A DNA stretch of 33,907 nucleotides from an uncultured bacterium (GTDB lineage: Bacteria > Verrucomicrobiota > Verrucomicrobiia > Verrucomicrobiales > DEV007), in the NCBI GenBank assembly GCA_963977015.1, contig CAXBMO010000039.1, positions 1 through 33,907 of the forward strand, read 5' to 3'. A program made the position numbers and the translations under genes. Of the stretch, positions 33,280-33,907 are shown one piece after another (the first letter of the stretch is position 1; each line of letters opens with the position of its first letter). The notes below the pieces were generated by a model. It made no database searches and was not told the DNA's origin. It saw only the letters and a program-made list of their open reading frames with translations.

Positions 33280-33903
33280 TTAAGGATCCGGCCATTCGAC
33301 TTCCCGGGTAACGGTCAGGTGGCTCTCGGGTTCCAGATTGCTGGGAAAGACGATCAAATTCCTTCCCTTCGAGAGCGCGGCGCTCGGTGCCAGAATCGCT
33401 TCGACACCGCTCTCCGCAAATCCCCAACCATAGGCTTGGGTCATCGCCTCAGTCCCCGATTGATTTTCGGACCGCCAATCGCACTCCACCATGGCTCGCT
33501 CAGAAAAACGCAACCGCTGACGCACTCTCCCATCGGTTAAATCCACCACCTTCTTCAACTTCACCGAAGCACTCACCAAAACCATCGGCGTCGATTGCGC
33601 GACCGGAAACCCGTAGTATCGCCCTGCCGCCAGAGATTCCGCCAACGCAGTCTCCGGATCCAACGCCGTGTAAGTCGCCAGGCAGTAATCCTTCACCAAC
33701 CAACGACCGCTGCAAAACAGCGCTCCTTTCCCCGCAAACAAATCCGCTGTCGAAGCGAACCGCGGACTGACAAACCGAAACACCGTCCCTTCAAAATCAG
33801 TAACCAGATCCTCAACTCGGCCAGCAATACGTCGGCGAATGATCGCGCGATCTGAACTTCCCCCGAAACGGTAGACATGCGGGGCTTGGCCTGAGACCAT
33901 CAA
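33280..33903 (-). CDS. RES-domain protein (MbcT/ParT/Res-like NAD+-consuming toxin); start uncertain and the frame is open to the window edge
   Basis: Motifs VFR, GKGA...SGRW, TYTALDPETALAE, VVDLTD, TQAYG...GVEAILAPSAA...GRNLIVFPSNL. The R, Y, E and S positions of the RES family are present. Confidence 0.87.
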   Translation of the reverse strand: MMVSGQAPHVYRFGGSSDRAIIRRRIAGRVEDLVTDFEGTVFRFVSPRFASTADLFAGKGALFCSGRWLVKDYCLATYTALDPETALAESLAAGRYYGFPVAQSTPMVLVSASVKLKKVVDLTDGRVRQRLRFSERAMVECDWRSENQSGTEAMTQAYGWGFAESGVEAILAPSAALSKGRNLIVFPSNLEPESHLTVTREVEWPDP

Positions 33904-33907
33904 AAAT

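Noticed and set aside
32324-33907. Mobile element or prophage around the TA pair
   Set aside because: No integrase, transposase, terminal repeats or tRNA target are visible within the window; sequence beyond the edge is needed.

Overview
Gene-dense, GC-rich bacterial window with the hallmarks of a PVC-superphylum genome, most likely Verrucomicrobia. This is inferred from PVC-type beta-propeller/CxxCH proteins, an ECF sigma/FecR-LamG pair, sulfatases and a Verrucomicrobia-style secretin domain. From left to right: (1) a 12-bp tandem repeat at the window edge; (2) an XylR-type regulator flanked by a ~1470-aa DUF1080/CBM-like/propeller/HEAT/cytochrome c protein and a divergent pair (cytochrome c protein plus propeller/'PmoA-family' protein); (3) UDP-glucuronate decarboxylase; (4) a ~16-kb minus-strand run, in transcription order: rhomboid, ECF sigma, anti-sigma, alpha/beta hydrolase, a 1890-aa SGNH/propeller/cupredoxin/sulfatase fusion, an EF-hand sulfatase, a TIM-barrel PEP-hydrolase-like protein, a Tm-1-like(UPF0261)-Dabb fusion and an FMN alpha-hydroxy-acid dehydrogenase; (5) argA-argJ, a stand-alone minimal secretin-like protein, an M19 dipeptidase and a small membrane protein; (6) a 7-bp tandem repeat and a RES/Xre toxin-antitoxin pair in toxin-first order. 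The most promising candidate systems are three exported propeller modules wired to different electron carriers and fused to glycan-processing domains, and the Tm-1/TIM-barrel/Dabb/hydroxy-acid dehydrogenase cluster. All family calls come from recognising motifs by eye, and domain coordinates are approximate. No rRNA, tRNA, CRISPR array or transposase was seen.
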